This document shows, piece by piece, positions 10,168 to 23,017 of a stretch of 41,683 bases of DNA. The notes beneath the pieces were generated by a model. The model saw only the letters and a program-made list of their open reading frames with translations, did not search any database and was not told where the DNA came from. The stretch's first letter is position 1, and the number at the start of each line of letters is the position of its first letter. The stretch is from Phoronis australis (lineage: Eukaryota > Animalia > Phoronida), in contig NMRA01000241.1 in NCBI GenBank assembly GCA_002633005.1, forward strand, positions 569,304 through 610,986, in the 5' to 3' direction. The translations under genes were made by a program, and so were the position numbers.

Positions 10168-12122
10168 CTGAGGATGACAATGCACACAGACTAGAATACA
10201 ATCACTTTACCTTGCGAAAGGCCTTTAACTCAGTTGGCATATTGAAACACAGTAATTTTTATACTAACTCGAAACAAGAAGAATAAATCATGAGGTTTGA
10301 AGAAACAATGTACGAACTTCTAAAGGGACATGATGCGGAAAAAATTTCAAGATTTTTGTGTTCCCTCGCAACTATTTTGCGTTCCCTTGCAAAACTTTTG
10401 CATTGTCTTGCAAAATGCAGGGTATCTCAAAACACGCATCGTTTCAGATTCAACAAACAACACAAGCAAATCAAACTTTACATATTTAATTCTAATTACA
10501 ATGTCATGATAGAGCAGGCATTTCTGTCCCGGGAGGCACAGACCCTATATTTGTTTGGGGTGAGCCACTGGACCTTGCAAATCTGAAAATTGCTGCCCAT
10601 ATTTAAACCAAAGCTTCAAATATGTGACCCATTGTTTATATCAAAAAGCAAAATGTATGCAGCATTACTTACTCCTACATTAAAAAGGTGGCCGACTCAC
10701 GAGAACTAGTAAAATCCCCGGGGGCAAAAATGTATCACCAAATTCCAGTAGTGGATCTACTGTTATGATAGTTATGTTTAAGCATCAGGTCCCACACCAG
10801 AGGGGGCTAAAGGGCCCCAGTAGTGCTCACCATCACCTGGAGGGTAAACAGTTTTAATTTTAAATCAAAGTCCTAGAAGCACACGTTTTCAACACTTATT
10901 AAATGGTTAGAAGACATTATTAATAAGGAACCAGGCAGTACTTATCCCATAACCAACACACAATCCGTAGTTGAAGAAAGTTTAAATAAACGCGTCACTC
11001 ATGATTCCGAACCGAAGATCACACCACCATTTTGAACTAACCGCAAAACTGGAAGTACAATTCATTCAGGAACCAGGCTTAGTATACACCGTCTGTGCGA
11101 CTGGATCAGTGTCTGTTACCAGACTGCAAACAGGGATAAAATAATCGACAGCACACCTCAACCTTAATAAAACCAAAATAGGGACAATTTGTACTGAAAA
11201 TGTTGACAAAATATGGCAAAATAAATTTTGACAGAAATTATTTTGCCGAACTCGGATCTGCAGCCGATGACCCAATGTAGACCGATGGAGACCATTCGCA
11301 CTGACAAAAGACGAAGGCATGCTGTCCCCGGCTGTTTTATCGGAATAAATGGTTCAAATCCTGAATGCCGTATACATACAAAGACAGTGTCCGACACTAG
11401 TATAAAGTTACGACTAGTAACACTCCTGCGCCAACACCGGATTGAATAACAACTGGGGCCGACTATTGCGCAGGCATGAGGCTAGGTAGGCAACACGTAG
11501 CCCCTCAGTTGGCCGGTTAGGGGCTACAATCAGCATTTTTTCACTAAGTTTGCAAATCCAGATTTTTTTAATGTTATGCAATCATATCGACAGAATTCCT
11601 TCACCTCTGAGAGATATTTATATGATGATCTTGTTTTAGCACTGGTACTCATGACATTTACGCATTTTAAAGTACGAAAAAATGTTAATTATGGCCAGAG
11701 TAATCCTTAATATAGCTTAAAATAGCCAAAAATCCATTGTCATTTAGTTTCACTGAAACATTGCATGTTTTTAATACACGTGGCATTTAATTAAATCACA
11801 TTTAATTGAAATTTAATGTTTTTTCATGATCTTAACGTGTATTTCTTGTTTTTCTGTAGGTGATTGCAGGGATCTGAAAAGTCAAACACAATTTTCAGGC
11901 ATTCTTGCAAAATAATATAAATGTTATGCAAACACACTAAATTTGCATGTGCTCTCTCTTACAGCCATGGCTGAAAAAGAAAAGGATTACTAGTGTTTTG
12001 AACTGTGTTTTTAATGGGTGATGGTATATAGAATTTGATTTAAAACCCACATATTTGTACCAGATGTCCTGGTGATTGGATTCCTCAACCAAATAATATA
12101 ACCTTCACCTAAGAAAAACTGT

Positions 12123-12944
12123 GTATTCTCCGTAGCCCTGTCTGAATTCGATTAAATTCTTCCATTAATAAAAGATTTTTGATACTGCACAGTGGGAATC
12201 GTGAAGCTATCTTTGGCCCACAAAAATATTAGACCAATATTCCTGGATTTGAATTGATCATAAGCAAAAATGTCTTTCGTATTCTCCGTAGCCCCCAACT
12301 TTAAATTGTTAGTACATGGTTTAAAAAACTTGTATCTACATGTAGGTGCATTTACTGAGAAAATGGAGACATAAACTCTCCAACACAAGAAAAATTACAA
12401 TTTTTTTTATTTATGGGTGGGATTTGAGGCAAGTTTAGCTAAAATTACTTTTTCATTAATAAAACATGAATATTCTTTCGTCATTCAGAAGTGTTGGTAT
12501 TGACAAGTAAATGAATTCTATTGCATTTGTTCAAGTATTCATCCACTTATAAACAGGTATCTGCATATTTTGTATTCTCCGTAGCCCCATTTAAGACCTC
12601 TGTGCTATGTGAGACTTATGCATACATTGTTTATTGACGATGAAACATGTTTTCCTGTATTTCTTTGATGGAAGTTAATGGAATTAGGCATTCCTTTTGA
12701 CAGTGATGTGACTCTTGATGATAGTTAAGTGCTGAGTATGTCTAAGGAATAAGTACAATCGCTATGTTTTATTTGTTTACTCACACCTTGTGAAGTGTAC
12801 ACAGGTGTGAACCTATTTTTTATATTGATGTACAGTGATTAAGTACATGAGTTAACGATAATAAACTTTCTTGTTCCTAAGCCAGATTTAAGTCTTTTTT
12901 CCAACATGGATGTGACAATACCAATGATGTATTCTCCGTAGCCC
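12123..12944 (+). repeat. Four perfect, dispersed copies of the 16-mer GTATTCTCCGTAGCCC
   Basis: Copies start at 12123, 12279, 12572 and 12929, in AT-rich and otherwise non-repeating sequence. Confidence 0.9.
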
Positions 12945-15900
12945 ACATTTTTCTTTGTAATTTCAACAGGCCAAATCTCAAAAACTAAATGAGGATACTT
13001 CACAAAAGTTTAACCTGATATTCCACATACCATGTTAATACCAATAAACAAAGTCTCAAAGCTGAAATGAAAACTTCATAAAATGCCACTTCTGAAACTA
13101 AAGTTTGCATCCTGAGTGAAAAAATGCCGAATACTTCCCATTGCTTTCTGTATGCATTTCGTTCCATGTATTTTAAACGGGCGGTAGGCCAAATCCGGCC
13201 ACCGATTCTGAGTTTTCACCTCGTCAAAAATACACTCCACACTTAAAACTATCACTTAAAAAAGAGCTTAACTTTCTTCATTGGTCCTTTCTACTTCTAT
13301 ACATATCTTCGATGAAGCTTAGTTGTGAGAATTAAGGTGACTTTGGCAAAGAATTCTAACTCCACATTTTTGGTTGCCATTAACTTTTTCACCACGCGCG
13401 CCATAACCACAAAGAATGTCAACTGAGTCATGCGAGTTAGGCAAAGGCTAGCGCGTGACACTTGCAAAATAGCATGAGAAGGTATCAGGTGAAATTTGCA
13501 AGATTTGCGTCCCTTGGACTTTTTATTCGCCAACATGCATGATTTCACGTAACTTCCTCAAAATGGCAACCAGTAAGAGAAACTGGAGCAAATCGCGACA
13601 GATTTTCATCGATTTGTTCAAGTTTTGCTGACTAAATTGTATCCAGTGTCATGGTATGTGTTATGTATAACTCCATGAACCTATATGTATGGTTCATTTG
13701 ATTTTATTTGCTGTATTTTGAAATGAGTAACTTTTTGTGGGGATGTAATATCGCCCCTGTATGCCTGCGGCATCCAGGGCGATATAATTGCCTAGGGGCT
13801 AGGATAAACGTGTTTTACTGGGTTTAATTAACTCTGGTACACAAACAGTACAAACAGAACAACGAACATGCAACATCAAATATAAAATAAAATTGCTATA
13901 TAGTTAGAATATCCTGACAGTTAAACTTGAGAAAATATGGAAAATAAATTAAGATGCTGACTATCATTCGCCACCGCCGGGGCGGCTGACGAATACCATT
14001 TGGTGGCTAAATAAGTTCAGGTAGAAAACTTGCCATGGTGCCAAAGTGGTATAATACGATAAGTATTAATAAGTTTAACGTAAAAGGAATAATTCCCACA
14101 TAGCCAGAAACATTCGTATACGCTGCTATCATAGCTGGGGGAGCCGGATCACCTGGCCAGCCGTGCACCGGCGGACATCTGTGCTCCACTGGGCAAAGGT
14201 GAAAACATTAATTAGCTACTCGGCCCTGAATGAGTGAAATTCCTGTGACAAAGAGATGAAAAAAATACTGCGGCATGCTCCTAACACTGCAATATATTCC
14301 CATCGCCCACATTCAGCTCACTGACTAAAATTCACTACACTCCCCCTCCGCTCCAGTTTGCGGTACGGAATTTTTATATTTAGACAATAGAGGTATATGT
14401 GGTAAGTTTGTTTTTGCGAGGTTTGAAAATATATTTTTCCTTGACAATTGAAAATCAAAGCCACTTTAGCGAGTAATCAGTTCCCGGCGAAAAGTCACCG
14501 CAACTGCAGGCCGGGGAATTACTTCACCGGTTACTGTGTCCTGACAGCAAAATCAAGCAAAGATGTGGAGCTCACTGTTTTGAGATAAAACTTGTTTTTG
14601 TTTGTCGAAACATCACCGTATGTGGATGTTTTTTCTATTTTACATTTTTAAACGGCCAGTACAGCAGGTGCCGATTTGCTGCCAATTACGCACTGCGCTC
14701 ACACGTCAGGGTAGTCACCGTGACATGGCAATAGTTCACTTCAGGCTGATACTTTGCATCGATTTCAAGATATGGCGATACAGATAAGACATTTGTTGAT
14801 CAAGAAACTTTTTCCTCTAATTTATTACCTAAACAGGTATTGTCGCTGAAATTTGGTGTACCCTCGCGATGAGTCAGGGCTGACCTCAGTAGCCAAGCAT
14901 TGGCTATGGGAGACTTCACGACGGTACTTCACAAACTTATGATTATGCATTTAATACCATTCGTCGTATGCAAAGAACAGGTAAAACTAGGACAATAAAT
15001 AATTAAGTTTATATAAAAAGAACTAAAATGGGAATCAAAAACAACCAAACAAAGTAACAACGCATTTACGCTCACGATGATGTCAATACGTTTTCAAGGA
15101 TAACATGGCTGGCATTCAAGAATCGTTCCTGAACTGACACACAGGAACTCAGGTTACAGAAATAGATGGGAATAGTCGATAATTTTCCGATCTTGGCCGA
15201 GACACAAAATCGTGCTAAAAAGGCTTTTAGTTAGATAACAGAAAGGATGTGAACATTATGCCATCTTAGATATTACTTAATTTGGTATGTATTTTTAAGT
15301 TTTTGAACTAGAATGCCCTTTGAGATAAGGACTTTAACAACATTTTTAAATTAAATTAAGTGCGGCTCCAGCAACTTAAATATTGCTGGGGCTGCATTTG
15401 GCCAATATCCACTAGAAAAAATCATGGTCTTTGATCCCCAAGGTCAGTGTCCTTGCATTCTTTCACAACAGTCATGGATTAGATTTTCTGGATACCTGAA
15501 AAATCTTCATGAATCAAAATATTGTCAATGACCTCAACTTGAATGCCACTGAGTGCCTGATGATTGTATCGTAGCTCTAAGAAAAGTGGAATGTTCTGTG
15601 GGATAAGCCCAAGTCTTGAATGAAACTGTAAAATTGAGTTTTGGTTCCAGAAAACACAAAACCAATCAAAATAATATAAGTCCCAGCATTTAACAGCTTT
15701 AAAACTAATGACTAACTGACATTTCATGATTTACACAATGAATCAGCAACTTCAGTTTTCATTTTCTGTTTCATTTTCAAATGTAGTCTTAATATCTTTA
15801 CTCCTTTTGACAATTCTGGGAAATATGGATCACTAGATGCTCATGACAATGATCATATGTTAGCCTGGTTTGGTAGTAAACCTGCCTAAAAGTTTATTTT

Positions 15901-16241
15901 GTCGATTACAAATAAACGCGTTAGTTGACAAAAAGGAGACCCTATGAAAACTCGCCTGTCCAAACATTTCAAAATGTCCGTCAAAAGCGATAAAAACATT
16001 GGATAGCAGCAACTTTACAATTATGAAAATATCAAACAAAAATGACTTCCCGCTCATTGTATTATTGACTGACTAATATCTAATGATCACAATAGCCACG
16101 ATAACAAATACTGTCCTTGAATATATATGTCATCCTTGTTTTTATTGTTGTCCACATTTTGCTAGATGGATGATGGTGTAAAATGACGCGCTATAATTTC
16201 AAGTCAAATACGCTCAAAATGCGCACTGGAGTAGCCAGTCA

Positions 16242-16485
16242 AGGCTCCGTCCCACTATGACGAATAACCTCAGCGTAAACTAAATTTCGGGAAGTTTTTT
16301 TTAGTGATTTCTTAAGCCATGTAGGACCACAAACTGTCTTCATATTTTGTAGTCGGTCGCAACTTCATAAAATGACGACAGTTTGTGCCTAGCTGTCAAA
16401 CGTAATTCGTCGTATTCCTGAAAACGTCAAAACTTTATTATTAGCATGCATATGCTTAGCCAATTCATCATAGTGTGACAGACCT
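16242..16485. mobile_element. PIF/Harbinger-like MITE
   Basis: TIRs AGGCTCCGTCCCACTATGACGAAT and reverse complement AGGTCTGTCACACTATGATGAAT. The TSD is imperfect. Confidence 0.5.
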
Positions 16486-16886
16486 TAAGTATTGGGGAGA
16501 GGCAAGTACAAACGGAAAGCTCAATTGAGCATAGACCACAGGAGATCTTTCACAATATACACATGGACTATTGTGGCCTCTTGTAACTGTGCATATAGCC
16601 TACAGAAGCGCATCTACCAGTGTCTCACATCACCTCAGTATTGTCCAGTTGTTGGCAATAGTAAGTAACACGTGCCGAATAATTGAGAGGGAAAGCAATA
16701 AATTTGCGAGGGAATGCAAAAAAATTGCAAAGAGAATGCAAAATATTTGCGAATTAACGCAAATAATTTGCGAAGAACACAAAAATTTTGAAATTTGTTT
16801 TTTCACATTATGTCCCTTTAGAGGCTCCGTAACAACAAAAAATTCAAATTTTTAAAGATTGTATTATGGCTAATTATCTATATCCA

Positions 16887-17139
16887 AAAACATGGCAGGT
16901 TGAACTTTTACACATGGCAGGTTGGACCTCTAAAACATAGCAGGTTGGACCTCTAAAACATGGCAGGTTGGACTTCTAAAACATGGCATGATGGACCTCT
17001 AAAACATGGCAGGTTGGACCTCTAAAACGTGGCAGGTTGGACCTCTAAAACATAGCAGGTTGGACTTCTAAAACATGGCATGTTGGACCTCTAAAACATG
17101 GCAGGTTGGCCCCCTTAAATATGGCAGGGTGGATCTCTA
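16887..17139. repeat. Minisatellite, 23-bp unit, ~11 copies
   Basis: AAAACATGGCAGGTTGGACCTCT repeats in tandem. Confidence 0.92.
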
Positions 17140-17243
17140 AATCTAATGTCCAAACTCTGTACACTACGGCGAGAGGTTGCCCCTGGGCCTTTCGTGACAG
17201 ACAGTTGATTGATAAGCAACACTTGACAAGGATGGCCACTTAC

Positions 17244-17427
17244 TTCTCCCCTTTTGCATTGAGTATTGCCTTCCACTGCTCGTGAGCAGCAAACTGAATC
17301 GAGGCATAGGGTACAATGCGCACTAGTGTCGCTGAGTTGCCCCGCCATACCGCCAGTGCGCCATCAGTCTTGACAGTGTTCACCAAGAAGCGGATTGCCT
17401 TCTTGAAAGAATAACTTCGGGTGGAAA
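17244..17427 (-). CDS. SLC25A42: SLC25A42 coding exon 3
   Basis: gttccAG|TT TCC ... GAG AA|GTAAGT, 184 nt. Encodes (I)STRSYSFKKAIRFLVNTVKTDGALAVWRGNSATLVRIVPYASIQFAAHEQWKAILNAKGE(K). Confidence 0.95.
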
Positions 17428-17641
17428 CTGGAACAACAAAGAAAGCTTAAAACTAGTAATACAAGTGAAAATAGCACCACCTTGCACTGTAAAAAACAAC
17501 TTTTGATTTAGGCCACTTAGCGTTATGTATTAAGATGTCTATGGTTGTGACATTGATTGGTCTCACATTGTCCCTGAGCCCCTTACGTTGGACTACTGAA
17601 CTCCAAAAAAACTGACATTATGAAATTACTCTACAAATTTA

Positions 17642-19034
17642 CCGTACTCTTCCGGATTACGGCCCATGCTCGGCTTACCGCTCACACCCCAAAATTTCAA
17701 TTTTTTATTTTTAATTGCCCATGCTAGGCTTACCTCCCATCCCCAATTTTTCAGCATCGAGACTTCCGTAAAAGTATCCTTTCTGTGCTTCTGTGAAAGT
17801 TTGTCGCACAAAAATAAGATTCCAAAACGTGCGCACCTCGTTTACCTTGCTGTGACAATCAATCAGTTTTAGCGGAACAGGTACCTTGCCTTACTATGGC
17901 GGTAAAACACCCGTATTCTCATGCCCTTTACTGGAGGAGACACAATTGTTTTCTTTGGCTCACACGCGGAACTCGTGTCCGCATGTTCTGATCACTGAGC
18001 GCTTATCGAATGTATTTCATTTGTTGTAGAAGAACTAACAAAGCAGTACTTGACAGGTATATCACGTCCGTGGCCAACCTTTCTGTGATTCCCCGTGACA
18101 GTACATGAAACATAACCACCCTGAGCATTGAAATAAGAAAAGAAATGGTCCATTCTGACAAGCCAACTTGTGTCGTTGTTCCCGTCTTGGTTCAATGCAT
18201 GTTTTTAATGACTTTCAGTCCTGACACCAAAATGGAAGCTACCAACCAAATGCAAGAACATAAAAAAATCAACTTGTCATTAGCGCAAGTCGAACATTCT
18301 GTCGATGTTCCACAGGGTCAAAAACTTATTTTTTTTGAACTTTTGATTTGCCTGATGACGTTTTACAAGATGTGTTTTTGCTTCATAATTTTGGCAGCTG
18401 ACCGAGTACCCCTATTGCCTAACACTTAGCATCGTCCGATTGTTGAGCAAGTGCTTTGAACAAGAGTGGTGTTGGCTTTGAACTAAAAAAGAAATATACA
18501 TTGTATATAAAATGTTACATTGTTCACAGTATTTAATAAGAAGACCTGTAAATCATCAGCGTGTGCTTGGTTGCCTAAGTGTCCAGCGTGAAGCAAATCT
18601 TTACACAATCAAGTACTTCCCTTAAAAATACACTGTGAACTAGCAGTCTTATGTGATCTGTCATTTCTCTCAAGAAACTTGCCCTACTGAACGCACGCCT
18701 ACTTGTAGGAATACCTTAGTTCTAAGAGATGACCAGCAGCAACTGAGGTATGTAAAAATCCAATCACGCTCAGGATCACGACGCCACTGTATCATGTGCG
18801 CAGGCCATCGAAGTCCGTTATTTCAAACCCCCGACCTATATTTTAACTGGTATGCTTGAAGTCCGACGTCAGTGTAGCTCCGTCAGGGTAAAATCGGTCT
18901 TCCATGCAGTAAGCAACAACTCACGACTTCTCAAAAATTTCTATTTTAACCACCCATGCTCGGCTTACTGCCCACCCCCTGCTTTTTTAAATTCCCAATT
19001 TAAGCGCCCTAGGTGGTAACGCGGATGAGTACGG
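17642..19034. mobile_element. Non-autonomous Tc1/mariner-pogo-type element (CCGTA termini, TA TSD)
   Basis: TA|CCGTACTCTTCCGGATTAC ... GTAACGCGGATGAGTACGG|TA. The subterminal direct repeat CCCATGCTCGGCTTAC occurs at ~17663 and ~18953. An internal minus-strand peptide reads GGYVSCTVTGNHRKVGHGRDIPVKYCF. Confidence 0.75.
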
Positions 19035-19124
19035 TATATGCTGAGCATGGTCTTAAGAAATATTGAACTGTCAACCTAAGGAGACGAGACCAACTGATAT
19101 AAATCAAGTTTCTTTGACCAACTG

Positions 19125-19340
19125 CAGGTTTATTGTTGCTTTAAAGTCCTACGAAGTGCAAATCAAATGTGAGTCCATTGCCACTTTAGTCTTACGCAGT
19201 GCATGTGGGTCTATTGCCACTTTAAAGACCTATAACAGTGCAAATCAAATGTGGGTCTATTGCCGCTTTAAAGTCCTAGAATATTGCAAATTAAATGTGG
19301 GTTTATTGCCACTTTAAAGTCCTACCCAGTGCAACTCAAA
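19125..19340. repeat. Minisatellite, ~46-bp unit, ~5 degenerate copies
   Basis: GTGCAAATCAAATGTGGGTCTATTGCCACTTTAAAGTCCTA.. repeats in tandem. Confidence 0.8.
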
Positions 19341-19439
19341 TCAAGTCAAACTCCAAATTGGGACAATTCAAGAAACTGGTAGAGCGAGAATGGACTATTT
19401 TCAATATTCAGTTTTACGATGACACAAGATCAAACGTAG

Positions 19440-19598
19440 CAGGGGCGGATTCAAGATTTTTTATGGGAGGGGGGGTCAGTCAAGAATTTTTTAAAGGGGG
19501 AAACCAAGTCACCAATTTGAAAATTATAGATTTGATATCACTAAAATCAAGGGAAAAAAGGGGGTCCGAACCCCTTGACCCTCTTAGATCTGCCTATG
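19440..19598. mobile_element. hAT-like MITE
   Basis: Imperfect TIRs CAGGGGCGGATTCAAG ... TAGATCTGCCTATG with G-rich and C-rich subtermini. No exact TSD. Confidence 0.5.
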
Positions 19599-20347
19599 TG
19601 TAGACCAGTACGTGCTGGAGGGTGTCCTTCGGACTCCTCAGAATACAACAGGTCGAGTAGGGCATCATCGTCTTAAGCGCTACGGGTTTGACTGAATACA
19701 GCATCTTCTGATTCTTCTGACTGAGTTCCACCTCCAGTGGTCCCTGATTTGATGTTGCCGGGAAGGGGTCTTGCCGCCCCTTTGGCCGCAAAAAATAAAC
19801 ACTAAAATGACACGGAAATAAATTTGGGCATTTAGCTAATCGTACGCATGTACTTTAATGTGTGTATGTGTGCTGGGCACAGAGATTACACTTTTCCTCA
19901 CGAGAAAAGCTTTTAGATCTTTTTCGCAAATGTCTGCACTGATTCTACTAGTGTATTGTATACCCACGTGATCAAGGTTTCAATGAAGCACTTCAATAGT
20001 TTCTTTGCTGGGTTAATTCAGATCGAGACGCTAGGGTGGCTTGGACTCTTAAAACGTGGTTTTACTAAACCCGCTCCCTAGTCTAACAAAACCAGGCTTT
20101 CAGACTTTTAAACAACGTTGGTGAAATGCAAGTTAGGTCTAAAATTAGACCAGGTTTAGGAAGACCAAGTTTAAGTCTAAAACCTGGTTTTGTTAAACCA
20201 CCTTTATGAAATCGGCTGCTTGTGTCTATGCAACATGAATGTAACTTTCACCATTTTCATACAATATACAAATTAATTTAGCCACATGTGCAAATTATAT
20301 GGTCAGGATTTCACTGACCACAAGTTGTGGTGTAGCATGTAGTGCAG

Positions 20348-21142
20348 NNNNNNNNNNNNNNNNNNNNNNNNNNNNNNNNNNNNNNNNNNNNNNNNNNNNN
20401 NNNNNNNNNNNNNNNNNNNNNNNNNNNNNNNNNNNNNNNNNNNNNNNNNNNNNNNNNNNNNNNNNNNNNNNNNNNNNNNNNNNNNNNNNNNNNNNNNNNN
20501 NNNNNNNNNNNNNNNNNNNNNNNNNNNNNNNNNNNNNNNNNNNNNNNNNNNNNNNNNNNNNNNNNNNNNNNNNNNNNNNNNNNNNNNNNNNNNNNNNNNN
20601 NNNNNNNNNNNNNNNNNNNNNNNNNNNNNNNNNNNNNNNNNNNNNNNNNNNNNNNNNNNNNNNNNNNNNNNNNNNNNNNNNNNNNNNNNNNNNNNNNNNN
20701 NNNNNNNNNNNNNNNNNNNNNNNNNNNNNNNNNNNNNNNNNNNNNNNNNNNNNNNNNNNNNNNNNNNNNNNNNNNNNNNNNNNNNNNNNNNNNNNNNNNN
20801 NNNNNNNNNNNNNNNNNNNNNNNNNNNNNNNNNNNNNNNNNNNNNNNNNNNNNNNNNNNNNNNNNNNNNNNNNNNNNNNNNNNNNNNNNNNNNNNNNNNN
20901 NNNNNNNNNNNNNNNNNNNNNNNNNNNNNNNNNNNNNNNNNNNNNNNNNNNNNNNNNNNNNNNNNNNNNNNNNNNNNNNNNNNNNNNNNNNNNNNNNNNN
21001 NNNNNNNNNNNNNNNNNNNNNNNNNNNNNNNNNNNNNNNNNNNNNNNNNNNNNNNNNNNNNNNNNNNNNNNNNNNNNNNNNNNNNNNNNNNNNNNNNNNN
21101 NNNNNNNNNNNNNNNNNNNNNNNNNNNNNNNNNNNNNNNNNN
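20348..21142. other. Assembly gap (Ns)
   Basis: Run of N. Confidence 1.
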
Positions 21143-23017
21143 GATCGACAGGTGCACTCTTGGTCTCGTGACGGACCAGGTCAGCTTTTTGTGTACTCTC
21201 AGTGTACATCTGGTCCCTCTGCAAACTAGTCCAGTGTATCTTTTCACCACTGTGCACAGGATGTTTTGGTTTCGTGAAACTGTTTTCAGATGATTTGGTT
21301 CCTGATAGATTTGACGTTTTTCAATTGTTGTCAACGTGATTCAGCTTAATAAAGTGATACCTAATTGTCGCTTTTAATAATAGACTATGAGTTGAGAGCA
21401 CCATCGTTCGCCAGTTTTTCTCGTAACAAGACAGAACACATGTTTATTTCCGGACTAACAGTACAGGTGTTCGTTCTTAAACAACTTGAGGCTGCTGTTA
21501 CGCGATCATCTGATATTCAAGTTTTTACGCCCCGTCGGTGCTCCTTAATTATACTCTTTCAGTGAATATTTGGAAATTGTCTAAACCCCTGTATACACAC
21601 CACACTTTTTCGTATACGACTTTTCGTATGCTAAAAAAGGTGTGTGTAAGCAGATGTGGCGTGACTCATACTCAGATGTGCACAATATGGTTTCACGAAA
21701 CTTATGCGCCAAGTTCATGTGACGAAATCGAGAAGGGTTTTTAATTAGCTTAAGAAAAACTCCAGAGACATGTTAAGTGCCAGAAACTTACCAGGGTGCA
21801 TGGAAATTTCACTATTTGGCTACAAAAACAAAAAATATCTTACACGGGAGGGGAAACCCCCTCCCGACCTCCCCACGCTCGGCGCCACGCGCCTAGGATT
21901 CGACCTTGGCGGGAATCCTAAACCCCACCCTAGGTGAAAACGTAGATCCGCCACTGTAGTGTGGTAACCAATAGTAGCTGTACATAGCTTTACTTAGTGC
22001 TCCACTTTCCACCGCTGACCGGCCTCGTCTGTCAGTACATAGCTTCTCCCACAACAAGACTTGTACAATGTCTCCATGTAGCAACACATGGGCTGGGCAG
22101 GACTCGTCTTTTGAAAGAGCTGAGGTGCCGAAACTCAGTGGCGGAAGCATTTTCAGAACTCAGTACATTTGACGTTTTAAGCCTTGAGTGAGATAATGCC
22201 TCTCCCACTTAATGCAGTGAGAGAAAACAGCATATGTTGTGGCCACTTGTTCAAGGGAATCACTATACTTTGCAGAGTAAACATCAAAGTGAGATGAACA
22301 GACAAGCAAAACAATTGTGGGTGTGGGCACTCTTCGTGCACACTAACTTGAATCAAATTTCAAGCATTAAGAACAGAGTGAGAAGCAATTTCTGCTATGG
22401 ACACTTGTTCTGGAGAATCACTGGACTCTACCATATCAGGACAGAAGTGGTGACATGACCAGACTTGCCCTGGGGAATCACTGATCCATCTGGGTAGAAG
22501 GTTAAGTGAAATGACCACACAAGCGGAAGCAATGGGTGGTGTGGACGCTGTCTGTGGGCAGCAACTTGGACCAATCACCAAGCATGAGGGAGAGAGGAAT
22601 GCGACCCTCTGGGCTACGGTCGTTTGTCTGACCGTTTGTCTTTTACCCTCATTTTAGGGATTGCATACACAGTGTGCGACAACAACTGCTGCTGTGGATA
22701 TTTGTTCTAGGGAATACCTAGACACTACCGTATTGCAACAGAAGTGAAGTTGACATGACCAGACTTGGGGAATCACCAATCCTTCTGGGTTAATGGTTAA
22801 GTGAAATGATCAGACAAGCGGAAGCAATGGTGGTTGTGGATGCAAGTTGTCAACATCATCTTAAATACCAAGTATCAAGGACACAGGCATGTGGCCATCT
22901 TGGCTACGGGCATTTGCTGTCTTTTACTCTCATTTAAGGAATTCTATACAGTGTGCGGAAGCAATTTCTGCTGTGTGACAACTGTCCTGGGGGAATCACT
23001 GGACCTCACCGTACGGG

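Larger units (their letters stand above)
10311..16831. mobile_element. Long-TIR DNA element whose two arms enclose ~6.3 kb of nested repeats
   Basis: 10311-~10425 (TACGAACTTCTAAAGGGACATGATG..TTTGCGTTCCCTTGCAAAAC) is the approximate reverse complement of ~16700-16831 (..CATTATGTCCCTTTAGAGGCTCCGTA). TA lies at both outer ends. Confidence 0.55.

Noticed and set aside
12123-12944. CRISPR array
   Set aside because: The repeats are only 16 bp, the spacers are 140-341 bp and unequal, there are no cas genes, and the context is a eukaryotic intron.
20295-21334. Long ORFs of 290-343 aa in the ORF track
   Set aside because: Artefacts of translating through the N gap. The same applies to 38117-38962.
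21893-22150. Extra SLC25A42 exon (ESGALSKA resembles GALAKT)
   Set aside because: The real motif is in exon 29488-29596, and the CDS is complete and in phase without this segment.
22695-22725. 5S rRNA-derived sequence (GGGAATACC) in the 300-bp repeat
   Set aside because: Only a 9-nt match, with no 5S internal control region boxes.
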